A DNA stretch of 60,958 nt, the filler included. It is 4 parts of 4 records of this genome, joined end to end, with 100 filler letters (N's around TTAATTAATTAA, not from the genome) between each part and the next. Parts side by side here need not be neighbours in the genome. Positions count along the whole stretch, not along the records: positions 54,460 to 60,958 come from SRR31156797_2325; 3 more parts are not named here. The stretch is one strand, 5' to 3'. Shown piece by piece: positions 60,210 to 60,958 of this stretch. The notes under the pieces were generated by a model. That model saw only the letters and a program-made list of their open reading frames with translations, made no database searches and was not told the origin of the DNA. The position numbers were made by a program, and so were the translations under genes. How positions within the stretch are numbered: the first letter of the stretch is position 1; each line of letters starts with the position of its first letter.

Positions 60210-60958
60210 TTACCTGAAATATAACGACCTGCACGGCCCGCGCCTGTGTACGCTCTTGCCGGAAGATCTGTTTCCGTTTTTGGCGGGCGCTAGCTCTTCG
60301 GCCTACCTGATCGGCGCGTCCGGCAAGTTCTCCGTCGCTGCTGATCCACGGCTTGTTTTCGAACAGACCCTGGCAGGCGACACCAAAAAGGTAATTATCG
60401 ATTTCTGGTGTCAACGGAGCGAGCTAAACGTCGCTTCGCGACTGTTGGATATCCACGTCGGCTCCGGCAACTTTGCGTGGATTGGGTTTTATGCGGGTGG
60501 CGAACTTCAAATTGCACAGTATTCGTCAACATACGACTATAGCTACGTCACGACGCAAACATTCACCGATCCGAATGCTTTCATGCATTTTCGCTTCGAG
60601 ATCGACACCGATGCAGCGTCTGGCGAGCGAGTAAAAATCTACCATAATGAAGAAAGAATTACCGATTTCGGGACGGAAACAGAACCAACTTCCGGCCTAA
60701 CAATTGACTGGAATGCCATCGGTCGGTTTGTCGTCGGGGCGCGGTGGACAGGGAGCTATTACGAGACGCCGTTTGGGGGCTATATAAGCCAATTTATAAA
60801 GCTCGATGGCCAAATGATCGGGGAAACGACTGAAGCGGACGTCAACGGATATTTAATGCCGGTTAATCCGTCCGGTCTGACGTTCGGTACCAACGGTTTC
60901 TGGCTTGATTTTGAAGACCATGCCAGCGTTACAAACCTGTGCCTTTATTCGGAAGCTG
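60202..60958 (+). CDS. LamG/concanavalin A-like receptor-binding protein, 3'-truncated; not in the ORF track
   Basis: Hand translation is stop-free from ATG 60202 to the window end: MHDYLKYND...IDFWCQRS...FTDPNAFMHF...FGGYISQF...PSGLTFGTNGFWLDF. Confidence 0.8.
   Translation, partial: MHDYLKYNDLHGPRLCTLLPEDLFPFLAGASSSAYLIGASGKFSVAADPRLVFEQTLAGDTKKVIIDFWCQRSELNVASRLLDIHVGSGNFAWIGFYAGGELQIAQYSSTYDYSYVTTQTFTDPNAFMHFRFEIDTDAASGERVKIYHNEERITDFGTETEPTSGLTIDWNAIGRFVVGARWTGSYYETPFGGYISQFIKLDGQMIGETTEADVNGYLMPVNPSGLTFGTNGFWLDFEDHASVTNLCLYSEA

Larger units (their letters stand above)
54814..60958 (+). mobile_element. Podovirus-derived virion module (prophage or GTA-like element)
   Basis: Collinear capsid, decoration, tail tubular A and B, internal protein, T7-type fibre N-terminus and LamG-like protein. 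Confidence 0.85.

Noticed and set aside
54460-60958. Diversity-generating retroelement, suggested by the BPP-1-like head genes
   Set aside because: No reverse transcriptase and no TR/VR repeat pair in the visible sequence

Overview
The window is four unrelated contigs joined by artificial N44-TTAATTAATTAA-N44 linkers (15136-15235, 40508-40607, 54360-54459), so nothing should be inferred across those junctions. (1) 1-15135 is ordinary Vibrio-type core genome: yqcC-truC, dxs-ispA-xseB, pomAB, thiI, the GcvB sRNA, gcvA-hydrolase-ygdD-rlmM, xni and ppnN. (2) 15236-40507 is a Bacteroidales-type contig with TAnnTTTG promoters. It carries a very large secreted GEVED-repeat protein, malQ and a GH13 gene, lon, rpmE2, a LuxC-like reductase, lplA-DUF1338, mscS, a FUSC protein, REP-like palindromes and a truncated tRNA-Leu(CAG). 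(3) 40608-54359 is a spirochaete-like contig with a sugar ABC transporter-sulfatase-two-component locus, a GntR-nucleoside hydrolase-ECF-MFS locus and a highly structured intergenic element. (4) 54460-60958 is an alphaproteobacterial-looking, compact podovirus-derived virion module: small capsid, decoration protein, tail tubular A and B, one small internal protein, a T7-type fibre adaptor, and a LamG-like ORF that the ORF track missed. Contig 4 is the best candidate for an undescribed system, possibly a domesticated, gene-transfer-agent-like podoviral particle. It has a structured capsid leader RNA, an operator-like palindrome between the head and tail genes, and no large ejection proteins at their usual position. 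All family names and taxonomic calls come from motif recognition and recall; no database searches were run.
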